Source of the DNA: an uncultured Cytophagaceae bacterium
GTDB taxonomy: Bacteria; Bacteroidota; Bacteroidia; Cytophagales; Spirosomataceae
Direction of reading: 5' to 3'
Length of the DNA stretch: 64,000 bases
Assembly (NCBI GenBank): GCA_903907745.1
Contig: CAIVPF010000035.1
Span: forward strand, 7,215-71,214
Part shown: one piece after another, positions 8,977 through 18,381 of the stretch
Numbering within the stretch: position 1 is the first letter of the stretch
Layout of the letters: the number at the start of each line of letters is the position of its first letter
The notes under the pieces: generated by a model
Told to the model about the DNA's origin: nothing
What the model saw: the letters and a program-made list of their open reading frames with translations, nothing else
Databases searched by the model: none
Translations under genes and position numbers: made by a program

Positions 8977-10832
8977 GATTTAAGCCATTCTTTCCGGAGT
9001 TTTACTTGGGCCTCCGTTGGGTTTTTCAGCTCGTAAATCGTATTCTCAGCATCGATCCGTGTGCGCTCAAAAGGCGCGCGTAAATGGTAGGTATCAAAAC
9101 CGCCTTTTCCATTGGGTCGGGCTATTTCTAAATCAAATACCTCGCCTACACGGATTTTACCCATAAACTCCTCCGTGCTTTTGACGAAATTGGCGATATC
9201 CAAGGCTAGGCCATTGACCGAAATTAGTTCATCTTTGGCATGCAAATCCAATAATTTTCCAAAGGCATTTATGCCAGGTTCTGCGCCAATATACACGCGT
9301 TTCGTTTCTGAATTCACACTTAAGGCTTGAAAATCAAAGCCCATGGTCATCGCGTAGCTGGGATTTTCGTCCCCATCCTTTTTATCGCGCAGTCCATAGC
9401 CGATTTCGTTCAACCATTCATTTAAGGGTAATTCTTTATTTCCTGAAATATAATCTTTAAAGTAGTTCGCAACCGCGGCTTGATGAGTGATTTGAATTAA
9501 TTTGTCAAATAATACCTCATCTTTAAAGGACTTATTCGGACCATATTCTTTGGCTAAATCCCGCATCATGTCTTGAGTTCCATAGGCGCCATTCGATCCT
9601 TTGCGCAGCAATAAATCTAAGCCAAATCCCAATAAAGCCCCTTTTTGATACACATTGCTATATTGATCTTTGTAGGTGTCCAATACCTTTTTGCTCATCT
9701 CGGTGAAAGGGATTTCATTATTGAATTGCATGTGCATGGTTTGCCATTTTTCCTGCATGGTTGTCATGAATTGACTTAAATCAGTTAAACCATATTTCAC
9801 CTGCATATGATGCGCCGCATATTCTGTCAGTCCTTCATATAGCCATAAATGCTGGGACATGCGGGGTTTGATGAAGTCGAAATTTCCAATTTCCTCGGAG
9901 TGAATGCTAAGCGGGGTTAGGATATGAAAAAATTCATGGGCGCAAACGTCGCGAATGGTTTGGCCAAGGGTTTGAATATTGCCTTCAGGCAAATAATAAA
10001 AGGAGGATTGCGCATGTTCCAAGGCACCGAAACTCCCGCTTTTCAATTGCTCAGATAGGACGATCAAAAATGCGTAGCGTTGGACAGGCAGACTTCCTCC
10101 CAAATAATTCTTTTGAGCTTCCAAAAGGGGAAGGATTTTTTCGCCTATTTGTTCCGCGCTAATCGTATGGTTTGGACTATACATCGAAATCAAGATTTCA
10201 CTTTTGCCCATGTGTAAGGTAAGCGTATCCGGCACGGAGTACATGATGGGGGAATCGACAATTTCCTGGTAGGAATGGGCACTAAACAGGTCTTTATTGC
10301 CTTTATGGGTGCTTTTGATCGAACTCGCGCCAAATAATTCTTTCGGATGACTGATTTCCAATTCGATGGGGGATTTTTCAAATCCTTTAAAATAACCTAA
10401 TAATCCGTGGGTATTCAGCGCAAATAAGGTGTCTTTTTGAAAGGAAGTTCCAGCGGGTTCAAAGACATATTCGCCCTCGATTTCGGGACTGTCCCAGGTG
10501 TCATCGACCAAATAACTGATTTTACTAAGCTTTTGACCTTCGTTGATCACATATTGGTTGATCGATTTTTTAGAGAATTTCAGTTCCTTTCCGGAAGCAT
10601 CCAGCGCTTTGAAATTTGAGATATATCGGCCGAAATCATAATTGGCATAGGTTCCGGGTACAATTTTTGGGAAACAATATTCTACGGATCCGGATTTAAG
10701 GAGCGGTGGTTTCACTTCCACGGTTAATTGGTCTTGGTTGAGTTTCGATAATTGAATCGAATAGGAGACTTTTTGTTGCGCTAAGGTGACAAAGCCGTGG
10801 AAAAGGAGAAAAAATAAGAGGAATTTGCGCAT
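8973..10832 (-). CDS. M61 family (glycyl aminopeptidase-like) metallopeptidase with PDZ-like domain
   Basis: Signal peptide, VPGTY, GALEH, AHEFFH (HExxH), LWLYEGLTEY, VYQKGA. Confidence 0.85.
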   Translation of the reverse strand: MRKFLLFFLLFHGFVTLAQQKVSYSIQLSKLNQDQLTVEVKPPLLKSGSVEYCFPKIVPGTYANYDFGRYISNFKALDASGKELKFSKKSINQYVINEGQKLSKISYLVDDTWDSPEIEGEYVFEPAGTSFQKDTLFALNTHGLLGYFKGFEKSPIELEISHPKELFGASSIKSTHKGNKDLFSAHSYQEIVDSPIMYSVPDTLTLHMGKSEILISMYSPNHTISAEQIGEKILPLLEAQKNYLGGSLPVQRYAFLIVLSEQLKSGSFGALEHAQSSFYYLPEGNIQTLGQTIRDVCAHEFFHILTPLSIHSEEIGNFDFIKPRMSQHLWLYEGLTEYAAHHMQVKYGLTDLSQFMTTMQEKWQTMHMQFNNEIPFTEMSKKVLDTYKDQYSNVYQKGALLGFGLDLLLRKGSNGAYGTQDMMRDLAKEYGPNKSFKDEVLFDKLIQITHQAAVANYFKDYISGNKELPLNEWLNEIGYGLRDKKDGDENPSYAMTMGFDFQALSVNSETKRVYIGAEPGINAFGKLLDLHAKDELISVNGLALDIANFVKSTEEFMGKIRVGEVFDLEIARPNGKGGFDTYHLRAPFERTRIDAENTIYELKNPTEAQVKLRKEWLKS

Positions 10833-12041
10833 TAGTTTTTGTAGTTTATGGCTTCTTGTGGATCTATTTTTTTAATGAAATGAGTCGGAATGGTCATGAT
10901 TATGGCAACTAAAACACAGGTGCCTAGATTCACTAAAATCCAAGTAAGAGCGTCCCAATGAATCGGAACTGCATTCATATAGTAATTTTCAGGATCCAAA
11001 GGGATCAAGTGATAACGGGATTGCAAATAGCAAAAAGCGACGGCGATCAAGTTGCCTAGCAGGATGCCTCGAATCAAAATGAAAAATCCGTTCCACCAAA
11101 ATAGCGTGCGGATTTGGGCATGTGAGCTTCCTAGCGCTTTTAATAATCCCACCATGGGGATGCGTTCCATGATTAACACCCAAAGCGTGGCGACTAAATT
11201 AAAACAGGCGACCACTAAAAGTAAAGAAATGAAGATGACGATGTTTCGGTCCAACATACTCATCCAATCAAATATCGCTGGATTCAATTCATATACGCTT
11301 TTCGGCTTTCCAATCTGGGGGAAGGGTTTGGACGATTTCGTATACCACTTGGTATATATCCGCCTCTTTTTTCAAAAACACTTCGTAAGAGCCTAATGAA
11401 TCCGCGGTCCAGCCATTCATTTTTTGGGCCCATGAGCGGTCGGCCAAAATATAAACTTTATCCAATTCTTCGAGACCCGTTTGGTAAATACCTGTCACAT
11501 GGACTTTTCTAGGTCTTTCCGGTTGGCTTAAAAAGTATAAAATTAGGGATTCGTTCAGGCGAACTTTTAATTGTTGGGCCAAGGTTTTACTTAAGATAAC
11601 ATCTTGGGGTCTGCGAATGCTGGACTGACCCTGAATCATGTTGGCCGACATTTGATTTGAAGGCATATCTGCCCCCACACCTTTAATTATCACGCCGGCT
11701 AGGCCATCTTTCCCCACTAAAATTCCTGGTTTTTGTACGTGAGATTGTAGGTGGTCGACGCCCGGATTTGCTAGCACTTGTTTTTCCCAAGCGCTATTTT
11801 TTACCATAGGACTTTCAGAAAGGGAGTGATTTCCGCTGATTTTACTAATGCGGATATCGCCGGAAATGCTGATGATTTTGGCCTGAATCGCTTCTTTGAA
11901 CCCAAAAAGAATGGAAAAAGCGATGAGGATAATGCCTAAACCGAGCGATATGGTCCCAATCCCCACATAGGTTACCGTTTTCGAAAAGGAAGATTCCTGC
12001 GTATTTCGAATTCTACGGGCTACAAACAATGGAAAGTTCAT
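10832..12041 (-). pseudogene. LolC/E-FtsX family ABC permease interrupted by a 1-nt insertion (pseudogene or sequencing error)
   Basis: ORF 12041-11289 (MNFPLFVARR, MacB-type periplasmic domain) ends WKAEKRI*. Removing one T of the TTTT at 11299-11302 gives WKAESVYELNPAIFDW, fusing with ORF 11287-10832 into one 402-aa permease. Confidence 0.8.
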
Positions 12042-12113
12042 TCTTCGGTTTTTACCTTGATAAATGTAAAAAATATCAGATATTTGAAATCGATATTTTA
12101 ACACGCAAAGAAA

Positions 12114-13271
12114 ATGGGAATGTCTCGATTCTACAAGCTAATTTTTTTATTCCTTTTAATTTCCATTTTTCAGGCTCAAGCGCAAATCCCGGGAGCCTAT
12201 GCGACGAAAAGCTATTTGCCCTTATTAAAAGGCAAAAAAGTGGCCCTTGTGGTGAACCATACTTCGGTGATTGGTCAGACCCATGTGGCCGATTCTTTGC
12301 TGGCCTTAGGCATTCATATTCAAAAAATATTTGCTCCCGAACACGGATTTAGGGGTGATGCTGATGCGGGGGCACATATTGCGAATGGCGTTGATCAAAA
12401 AACAGGTTTAACCATTGTCTCCTTATATGGGGCGCATAAAAAACCCACGGTGGAAGATTTAAAGGATGTGGACCTCGTTATTTTCGATATTCAGGATGTC
12501 GGCGCGCGCTTTTATACCTACAGTTCTACCTTGCATTATGTGATGGAGGCCTGTGGGGAAAATAAAAAACCTTTTCTGATTTTTGATCGCCCCAATCCCA
12601 ATGGCCATTATGTGGACGGGCCAGTATTAGATCGGACTTTTGCCTCTTTTGTGGGTTTAAATCCCATTCCGGTGGTGCATGGATGTACGATGGGGGAGTT
12701 AGCCCAAATGATGAATGGCGAAGGTTGGTTAGCCGAAAAGGTCCGCTGTGAATTACGTGTCATCCCAGTTTCGAATTACAAACATGCGGATGTGGTTAGC
12801 ATTTCTATTGCCCCTTCGCCCAATTTGCCCAATAATCAGGCCATCGGCTTATATCCCTCGCTTTGTTTTTTTGAAGGGACGGCAGTGAGTGTGGGTCGGG
12901 GTACGAATACGCAATTCCAAGTAGCCGGTGCGGAAGGTCCAAGTTTGGGAACGTATCAATTTACGCCCGTGCCTAGCCCCGGTGCCATGGATCCTCCTTT
13001 AAAAGGAAAATTATGCAGTGGCTTTGATTTGCGTCAAGTGAATACCCGGAAATTAGGATTCAGCCTGGAATATTTGTTTTACTTTTTTGAGAAGTCGGGT
13101 AAGAACGAGCGTTTTTTTACGAGCCCTTCGTTTTTTGATAAGTTGGCCGGTACGGATGCTTTACGCAAGCAAATGCTGGCGGGCCTGAGTGAAAAGGAAA
13201 TTCGGGCATCCTGGCAACCAGCCCTTCAAAATTACATCGCCCTACGTAAAAAGTATTTAATTTATCGCTAG
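12114..13271 (+). CDS. namZ: Exo-beta-N-acetylmuramidase NamZ (DUF1343) family
   Basis: Signal peptide; FAPEHGFRG, FDIQDVGARFYTY, DRPNP, PSPNLP, EGTAVSVGRGT. Confidence 0.88.
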   Translation: MGMSRFYKLIFLFLLISIFQAQAQIPGAYATKSYLPLLKGKKVALVVNHTSVIGQTHVADSLLALGIHIQKIFAPEHGFRGDADAGAHIANGVDQKTGLTIVSLYGAHKKPTVEDLKDVDLVIFDIQDVGARFYTYSSTLHYVMEACGENKKPFLIFDRPNPNGHYVDGPVLDRTFASFVGLNPIPVVHGCTMGELAQMMNGEGWLAEKVRCELRVIPVSNYKHADVVSISIAPSPNLPNNQAIGLYPSLCFFEGTAVSVGRGTNTQFQVAGAEGPSLGTYQFTPVPSPGAMDPPLKGKLCSGFDLRQVNTRKLGFSLEYLFYFFEKSGKNERFFTSPSFFDKLAGTDALRKQMLAGLSEKEIRASWQPALQNYIALRKKYLIYR

Positions 13272-13334
13272 GTTGTGCGTCAAATTTGATTGAAAATTGC
13301 CACCTTTGCTGTTTATTTTAAATCAAATCCAAAC

Positions 13335-14858
13335 ATGGCGGAAAAGATCTTAATTCTTGACTTCGGTTCGCAGGTAACTCAATTAATTGCCCGAAGGGTT
13401 CGAGAGCTTAATATATATTGTGAAATACATCCTTTTAATCATATTCCTGCCATCGATGCATCGGTAAAAGGAATTATTTTGTCAGGAAGTCCTTGTTCCG
13501 TGCGCGATGCGGATTCTCCGCGAGTAGATGAGTCGATATTCGGTGATTTACCTGTGTTGGGTATTTGTTATGGAGCGCAATTATTGGCCCATCAGGGCGG
13601 TGGATTGGTGCAGGCTTCGGGCCATCGGGAATATGGTCGGGCACATATGACGACGGTAAAATCAAGTCCTTTATTAGCTGGTTTATCTGAAAAGGGCCAA
13701 GTGTGGATGTCTCATGGAGATACCATCATGGAATTACCTGCGCAATATGAGTTGATCGGCTCCACGGAAACGGTTCGTGTGGCGGCTTTTGCCCACGTGT
13801 CAAAACCGATATTTGGTATTCAATTTCATCCGGAGGTGACGCATTCGACGGAAGGAAGTTTATTAATCAAAAATTTTGTTGTCGGGATTTGCGGCTGTGC
13901 ACAGACCTGGACCTCGGATTCTTTTGTGGATCGGACTGTCGCGGATTTGAAGTCGAAAATAGGCAATGACAAGGTGGTATTAGGTTTGTCGGGCGGGGTG
14001 GATAGTTCGGTGGCCGCGGTGTTATTGCATCGGGCGATTGGCAAGAATTTGTATTGTATTTTTGTGGACAATGGCTTATTGCGCAAAGATGAATTCGAGC
14101 AGGTTTTGGACTCTTACAAAGAATTAGGACTGAATGTGAAGGGGGTAAATGCCAAAGATCGTTTTTATTCAGCACTCGCTGGATTGAAGGATCCTGAAGA
14201 TAAGCGCAAGGCGATTGGTAAAACCTTTATTGAGGTGTTTGATCATGAGGCGCATTTGATCGAAGGGGTTTCTTGGTTAGGCCAAGGAACGATTTATCCG
14301 GATAAGATTGAGTCGGTTTCGTTGAAGGGACCTAGCGCTACGATCAAGTCGCATCACAATGTAGGTGGTTTGCCAGATTATATGAAATTGAAGGTCGTGG
14401 AGCCTTTGGATGCTTTGTTTAAGGATGAGGTTCGATTGGTTGGTAAAACCTTAGGGGTTCCACAAGATATTTTAGGGCGTCATCCGTTTCCGGGACCAGG
14501 TTTAGGGATTCGGATATTGGGGGATGTGACGGCAGAAAAGGTGGAAATTTTACAAAAAGTTGATGCCATTTTCATTCAAGGCTTGAAGCAAGATGGCCTG
14601 TATGACCAAGTTTGGCAGGCGGGTGCGATGTTATTGCCGGTGCAGTCGGTGGGTGTCATGGGCGATGAGCGGACCTATGAAAATGTGGTGGCGCTTCGGG
14701 CTGTAAGTAGTTTGGATGGAATGACGGCCGACTGGTGTCATTTGCCCTATGAGTTTTTAGGACGGATTTCAAATGAAATTATTAATAAGGTCAAAGGTGT
14801 TAATCGGGTGGTCTATGATATTTCTTCGAAACCACCGGCTACGATTGAGTGGGAGTAG
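13335..14858 (+). CDS. guaA: GMP synthase (glutamine-hydrolysing)
   Basis: [58 protein letters not shown]; start moved to ATG 13335. Confidence 0.99.
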   Translation: MAEKILILDFGSQVTQLIARRVRELNIYCEIHPFNHIPAIDASVKGIILSGSPCSVRDADSPRVDESIFGDLPVLGICYGAQLLAHQGGGLVQASGHREYGRAHMTTVKSSPLLAGLSEKGQVWMSHGDTIMELPAQYELIGSTETVRVAAFAHVSKPIFGIQFHPEVTHSTEGSLLIKNFVVGICGCAQTWTSDSFVDRTVADLKSKIGNDKVVLGLSGGVDSSVAAVLLHRAIGKNLYCIFVDNGLLRKDEFEQVLDSYKELGLNVKGVNAKDRFYSALAGLKDPEDKRKAIGKTFIEVFDHEAHLIEGVSWLGQGTIYPDKIESVSLKGPSATIKSHHNVGGLPDYMKLKVVEPLDALFKDEVRLVGKTLGVPQDILGRHPFPGPGLGIRILGDVTAEKVEILQKVDAIFIQGLKQDGLYDQVWQAGAMLLPVQSVGVMGDERTYENVVALRAVSSLDGMTADWCHLPYEFLGRISNEIINKVKGVNRVVYDISSKPPATIEWE

Positions 14859-14861
14859 TTT

Positions 14862-15083
14862 TTAGGTAATAAGTAATAGGTATTAGGTAATAAGTAATAG
14901 GTATTAGGTATTAGGTAATAGGTAACAGGTATTAGGTAACAGGTAATAGGTATTAGGTAACAGGTAACAGGTAATAGGTAGCAGGTAATAGGTAACAGGT
15001 AATAGGTAGCAGGTAATAGGTAGCAGGTGATAGGTAGCAGGTAATACTTATTACTTATTACTTAATACCTAATAAATACCTAA
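14862..15083. repeat. Heptamer tandem array with inverted arm: 26 x AGGTAAT-like units (14864-15045), then about 5 inverted units (ATTACTT/AATACCT)
   Basis: Read directly: units AGGTAAT, AAGTAAT, AGGTATT, AGGTAAC, AGGTAGC, AGGTGAT in exact 7-nt register; ends TTAGGTA...TACCTAA; lies between convergent guaA and pepT. Confidence 0.97.
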
Positions 15084-16351
15084 CTATGTAAACTAGAAGT
15101 AAAAAGGTAAGCTAAATAAATCACGGTTTCCGTTGCCTTTTGCATGTCTTGGACCGAAACCCACTCTTGTTTGGAATGGAAGGCGTGTTCCCCTGCAAAA
15201 ATATTTGGACAGGGTAATCCCATGAAGGTCAGTCGGGAGCCATCTGTTCCTCCTCGAATGCTCTTTGTCTCTGGGGTGATCCCCGCCATTTTCATCGCTC
15301 TAATAGCTAAATCGATACATGCTGGATGGTCTTTTAGGATTTCATGCATGTTGCGATACTGTTCTGTTTGAGTAAATGTTGCGCTGCTACCGGGATAATT
15401 TCGTAAAACTTTGGCGCTTAATTTTTTCAAGAAATCTCCGTATTCACTCAGTTTTTCGGTTTTAAAATCCCGCAAAATAAAATCGATTTGGGCGGTTTCT
15501 ACGGTGCCTTGAATCTGGACAGGATGTATGAATCCTTCCATGTCCTCGGTGGATTCAGGGCAAAGTCGGTCTTTGGGTAAGGATTGCACGATTTCGCTGG
15601 CTATTTTGATGGCACTTTCCATGCGGCCTTTGGCAAAACCAGGATGTTGGGATACCCCTTCGATGTGAATATGAAAGCCATCGGCTGAAAAGTTTTCGTT
15701 TTCGAGGTGGCCTCTTTTTTCACCGTCTAAGGTATAGCCGTATTTTGCATTTATTTTTTGGATATCGATGTGATCGGTTCCGCGTCCTATTTCCTCGTCG
15801 GGCGTAAAAACGATCGAAATGGGCCCATGAGGGACGTCAGGATGTGACTTCCAAAAGGCCACCGCATCCATAATTTCCGCCACGCCTGCTTTATTGTCTG
15901 CTCCTAAAAGTGTTAATCCACTCGCTGTGATAATGTCATGACCGATTTGCTCGCCTAAATCGGGATGTTCGACTAGACGAATGCAAACCGAGGGATCATC
16001 AGGCAGCACAAGATCCTGTCCTTGATAATCCATATGAACGATGGGTTTGACATCCTTTCCGGAACAATCTGGCGATGTGTCCATATGAGCACAAAAACAC
16101 AGACCTGGGATGACCTTCGATACATTGCTGGGAAGATGTGCATACACGTAGCCATGTGCATCGATATGCGCGTTTGAAATGCCCATTTCTTGTAGTTCTT
16201 GAACTAATAGAATTCCTAAGTCTTTTTGTTTTTCAGTGCTCGGACTTAGCTCAGAATTGGGATCTGATTGGGTGTCAATTTGGACATAAGCAAGAAATCG
16301 TACTTTTGAACTAAATAAATATTGTTCCAATAAATCAGAGATGTTGGGCAT
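15080..16351 (-). CDS. pepT: Peptidase T (tripeptide aminopeptidase, M20B)
   Basis: CAHMDTS, LLGADNKAG, FTPDEEIGRG, HPGFAKG, IRGGTDG, GEHAFHS. Confidence 0.96.
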   Translation of the reverse strand: MPNISDLLEQYLFSSKVRFLAYVQIDTQSDPNSELSPSTEKQKDLGILLVQELQEMGISNAHIDAHGYVYAHLPSNVSKVIPGLCFCAHMDTSPDCSGKDVKPIVHMDYQGQDLVLPDDPSVCIRLVEHPDLGEQIGHDIITASGLTLLGADNKAGVAEIMDAVAFWKSHPDVPHGPISIVFTPDEEIGRGTDHIDIQKINAKYGYTLDGEKRGHLENENFSADGFHIHIEGVSQHPGFAKGRMESAIKIASEIVQSLPKDRLCPESTEDMEGFIHPVQIQGTVETAQIDFILRDFKTEKLSEYGDFLKKLSAKVLRNYPGSSATFTQTEQYRNMHEILKDHPACIDLAIRAMKMAGITPETKSIRGGTDGSRLTFMGLPCPNIFAGEHAFHSKQEWVSVQDMQKATETVIYLAYLFTSSLHS

Positions 16352-16531
16352 AAAACGCGTATTTTTTTGAAATATCTTAAGAAAAAATTGTGTTAAATGA
16401 ATTTATTTTTTTAGGATTCATAAAGGTAATTAACCTTTCAAAATAACATATTATATTAGTGCTTCGAAATGGTCGTTTAGTTCTACACTTGGCTTAATTT
16501 CAAAACCAAAAGGTCAATATATTATTACATT

Positions 16532-17803
16532 ATGTCTCAAACTGCGCTTATAAACTTAGATGGAAAATCATTTGAGTTACCTACATTCGAAGGTACTGAA
16601 AACGAGAAAGCCATCGACATTGCAAAACTACGTGATTTATCAGGTTTTGTAACCTATGATCCTGGCTATAAAAATACAGGAGCTACCAAAAGCGCCATCA
16701 CGTATTTAGATGGGGAAGAAGGAATTCTTCGCTACCGAGGTTATAGCATAGAAGAATTAGCGGATCAGTCGACATTTATTGAGGTAGCTTATTTGTTGAT
16801 TCACGGAGAATTACCTACCGTAGCTGAATTGGCCAATTTTGAAAAACAAATTCAATCCTATACGGTCGTTAATGAGGAATTATTGGCCATCGCCAATGCT
16901 TTTCCTGCGAGTACACACCCGATGTGTGTTTTAGCTGCGGTGGTTGGTGCCATGTCCGCCTTTCATTCCACGGATGAGGCGGGTGATGATGAGGAAAATA
17001 TTTTATGTTTATTAGCCACTTTGCCTGTTATGGCCACTTGGCATTACAAAAAGTCCTTGGGTGAAGCGGTCAATCAAGTGGACAAAAGTTTAGATTATTG
17101 CTCTAGCTTTCTTCAAATGATGTTTGGTAAAAAAGGCGATGCTTATCTTGCTGATCCGATTGTAGCCAAAGCACTAAATAAATTATTGATTTTACATGCG
17201 GATCATGAGCAAAACTGCTCGACTTCCACAGTTCGTCTCGTAGGCTCTTCTCATGCCAATCTATTTGCTTCCATTTCGGCAGGTATCAATGCGCTTTGGG
17301 GTCCATTGCACGGAGGCGCGAACCAGGAAGTGATCGAGATGTTAGAGGCAATTAAAGCCGATGGGGGTGATACTGCCAAATATGTGACCATGGCCAAAGA
17401 TAAAAATTCAGGTTTCCGCCTGATGGGTTTTGGTCACCGGGTATACAAGAACTTTGATCCTCGCGCCAAAATCATAAAAGTGGCGGCAGATGATGTTTTG
17501 AAGGCATTAGGCGTGAATGATCCCGTATTATCCATTGCCCAACATTTAGAAGATGCCGCGCTTCATGACGACTATTTTGTCGCTCGTAAATTATATCCCA
17601 ATGTGGATTTCTATTCAGGTATTATTTATCGCGCTTTAGGTATCCCTACAAACATGTTTACCGTGATGTTCGCCATCGGTCGCCTGCCAGGTTGGATCGC
17701 CCAATGGAAAGAACTGCGGACAAACAAGGAGCCTATTGGTCGTCCTCGTCAGATATATACAGGAGCCACCTTGCGGTCTTTTGTAGCTATTTCCGAGCGA
17801 TAA
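16532..17803 (+). CDS. gltA: Citrate synthase
   Basis: YDPGYKNT, LHADHEQNCSTS, GPLHGGAN, LMGFGHRVYKNFDPR, PNVDFYSG. Confidence 0.98.
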   Translation: MSQTALINLDGKSFELPTFEGTENEKAIDIAKLRDLSGFVTYDPGYKNTGATKSAITYLDGEEGILRYRGYSIEELADQSTFIEVAYLLIHGELPTVAELANFEKQIQSYTVVNEELLAIANAFPASTHPMCVLAAVVGAMSAFHSTDEAGDDEENILCLLATLPVMATWHYKKSLGEAVNQVDKSLDYCSSFLQMMFGKKGDAYLADPIVAKALNKLLILHADHEQNCSTSTVRLVGSSHANLFASISAGINALWGPLHGGANQEVIEMLEAIKADGGDTAKYVTMAKDKNSGFRLMGFGHRVYKNFDPRAKIIKVAADDVLKALGVNDPVLSIAQHLEDAALHDDYFVARKLYPNVDFYSGIIYRALGIPTNMFTVMFAIGRLPGWIAQWKELRTNKEPIGRPRQIYTGATLRSFVAISER

Positions 17804-17820
17804 TTATCTGTAATTTTTTT

Positions 17821-17849
17821 AAGGCCTTCCTCATGGAGGGCTTTTTTTT
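17821..17849 (+). terminator. Rho-independent terminator after gltA
   Basis: AAGGCCTTCC-TCAT-GGAGGGCTTT stem (with G.U pairs) running into an 8-T tract, 17 nt after the stop. Confidence 0.85.
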
Positions 17850-17877
17850 GATTTAACCACTAATAATTCGATTTTCT

Positions 17878-18381
17878 ATGCTGAAAAAACAGCTTAGGTT
17901 TCCATGCCTTCTATTTTTCAATCTTTTATTCCTTTTATTACCCGCTTTTGGCCAGCAACAAAAAGGAAAGGCTACGTATTATCACCAGCTTTTTTGGGGA
18001 AGAAAAACCGCCAATGGAGAAATTTATCATCCCTATAAATACACGGCGGCGCATAGGAATTTTCCAATGGGTACCTGGTTGGAACTCTATTTTCCCAAAA
18101 CAGAAAAGAAGACCTTTGTCCGAATCAACGATCGAGGGCCCTTTCGAAAAGGCGCCATCCTCGATATCTCCATGGCCGCGGCGAAGGAGATTGGCCTAAT
18201 TAAAGACGGTATCGCCATGGTTCATATTCGAATCATACCCAAGGCCGAAATCAGTGATTCCTTGATGAAGTCTTGGGCCATCCGAGATTCTTTATCAGTC
18301 GCCGAACATCCTAAGCCCCTTAAAAAAATGAAGAAAAAAGCCCGAAAGCGAAAAAAAAGAAGTCGATCTAGGGCAAAATAA
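17878..18381 (+). CDS. rlpA: Septal ring lytic transglycosylase RlpA family protein
   Basis: GKATYY, KTANGE, TAAHR, VRINDRGPF, ILDIS (double-psi beta barrel); basic C-terminal tail. Confidence 0.85.
   Translation: MLKKQLRFPCLLFFNLLFLLLPAFGQQQKGKATYYHQLFWGRKTANGEIYHPYKYTAAHRNFPMGTWLELYFPKTEKKTFVRINDRGPFRKGAILDISMAAAKEIGLIKDGIAMVHIRIIPKAEISDSLMKSWAIRDSLSVAEHPKPLKKMKKKARKRKKRSRSRAK

Noticed and set aside
11299-11302. Programmed ribosomal or transcriptional frameshift
   Set aside because: Only four A residues, no canonical slippery heptamer and no obvious stimulatory element; kept only as a mutation or sequencing-error finding.
14864-15045. Heptamer arrays as CRISPR arrays
   Set aside because: The period is 7 nt, with no unique spacers and no cas genes in the window.
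16422-16438. Palindrome AAAGGT-AATTA-ACCTTT upstream of gltA containing one AGGTAAT unit
   Set aside because: A 6-bp inverted repeat in very AT-rich DNA; single heptamer matches are expected by chance, so I cannot link it to the arrays.
18310-18381. Highly basic RlpA tail (KKMKKKARKRKKRSRSRAK) as a novel module
   Set aside because: Low-complexity basic tails are common on Bacteroidota RlpA proteins, and its end is partly constrained by overlap with the ompA gene.
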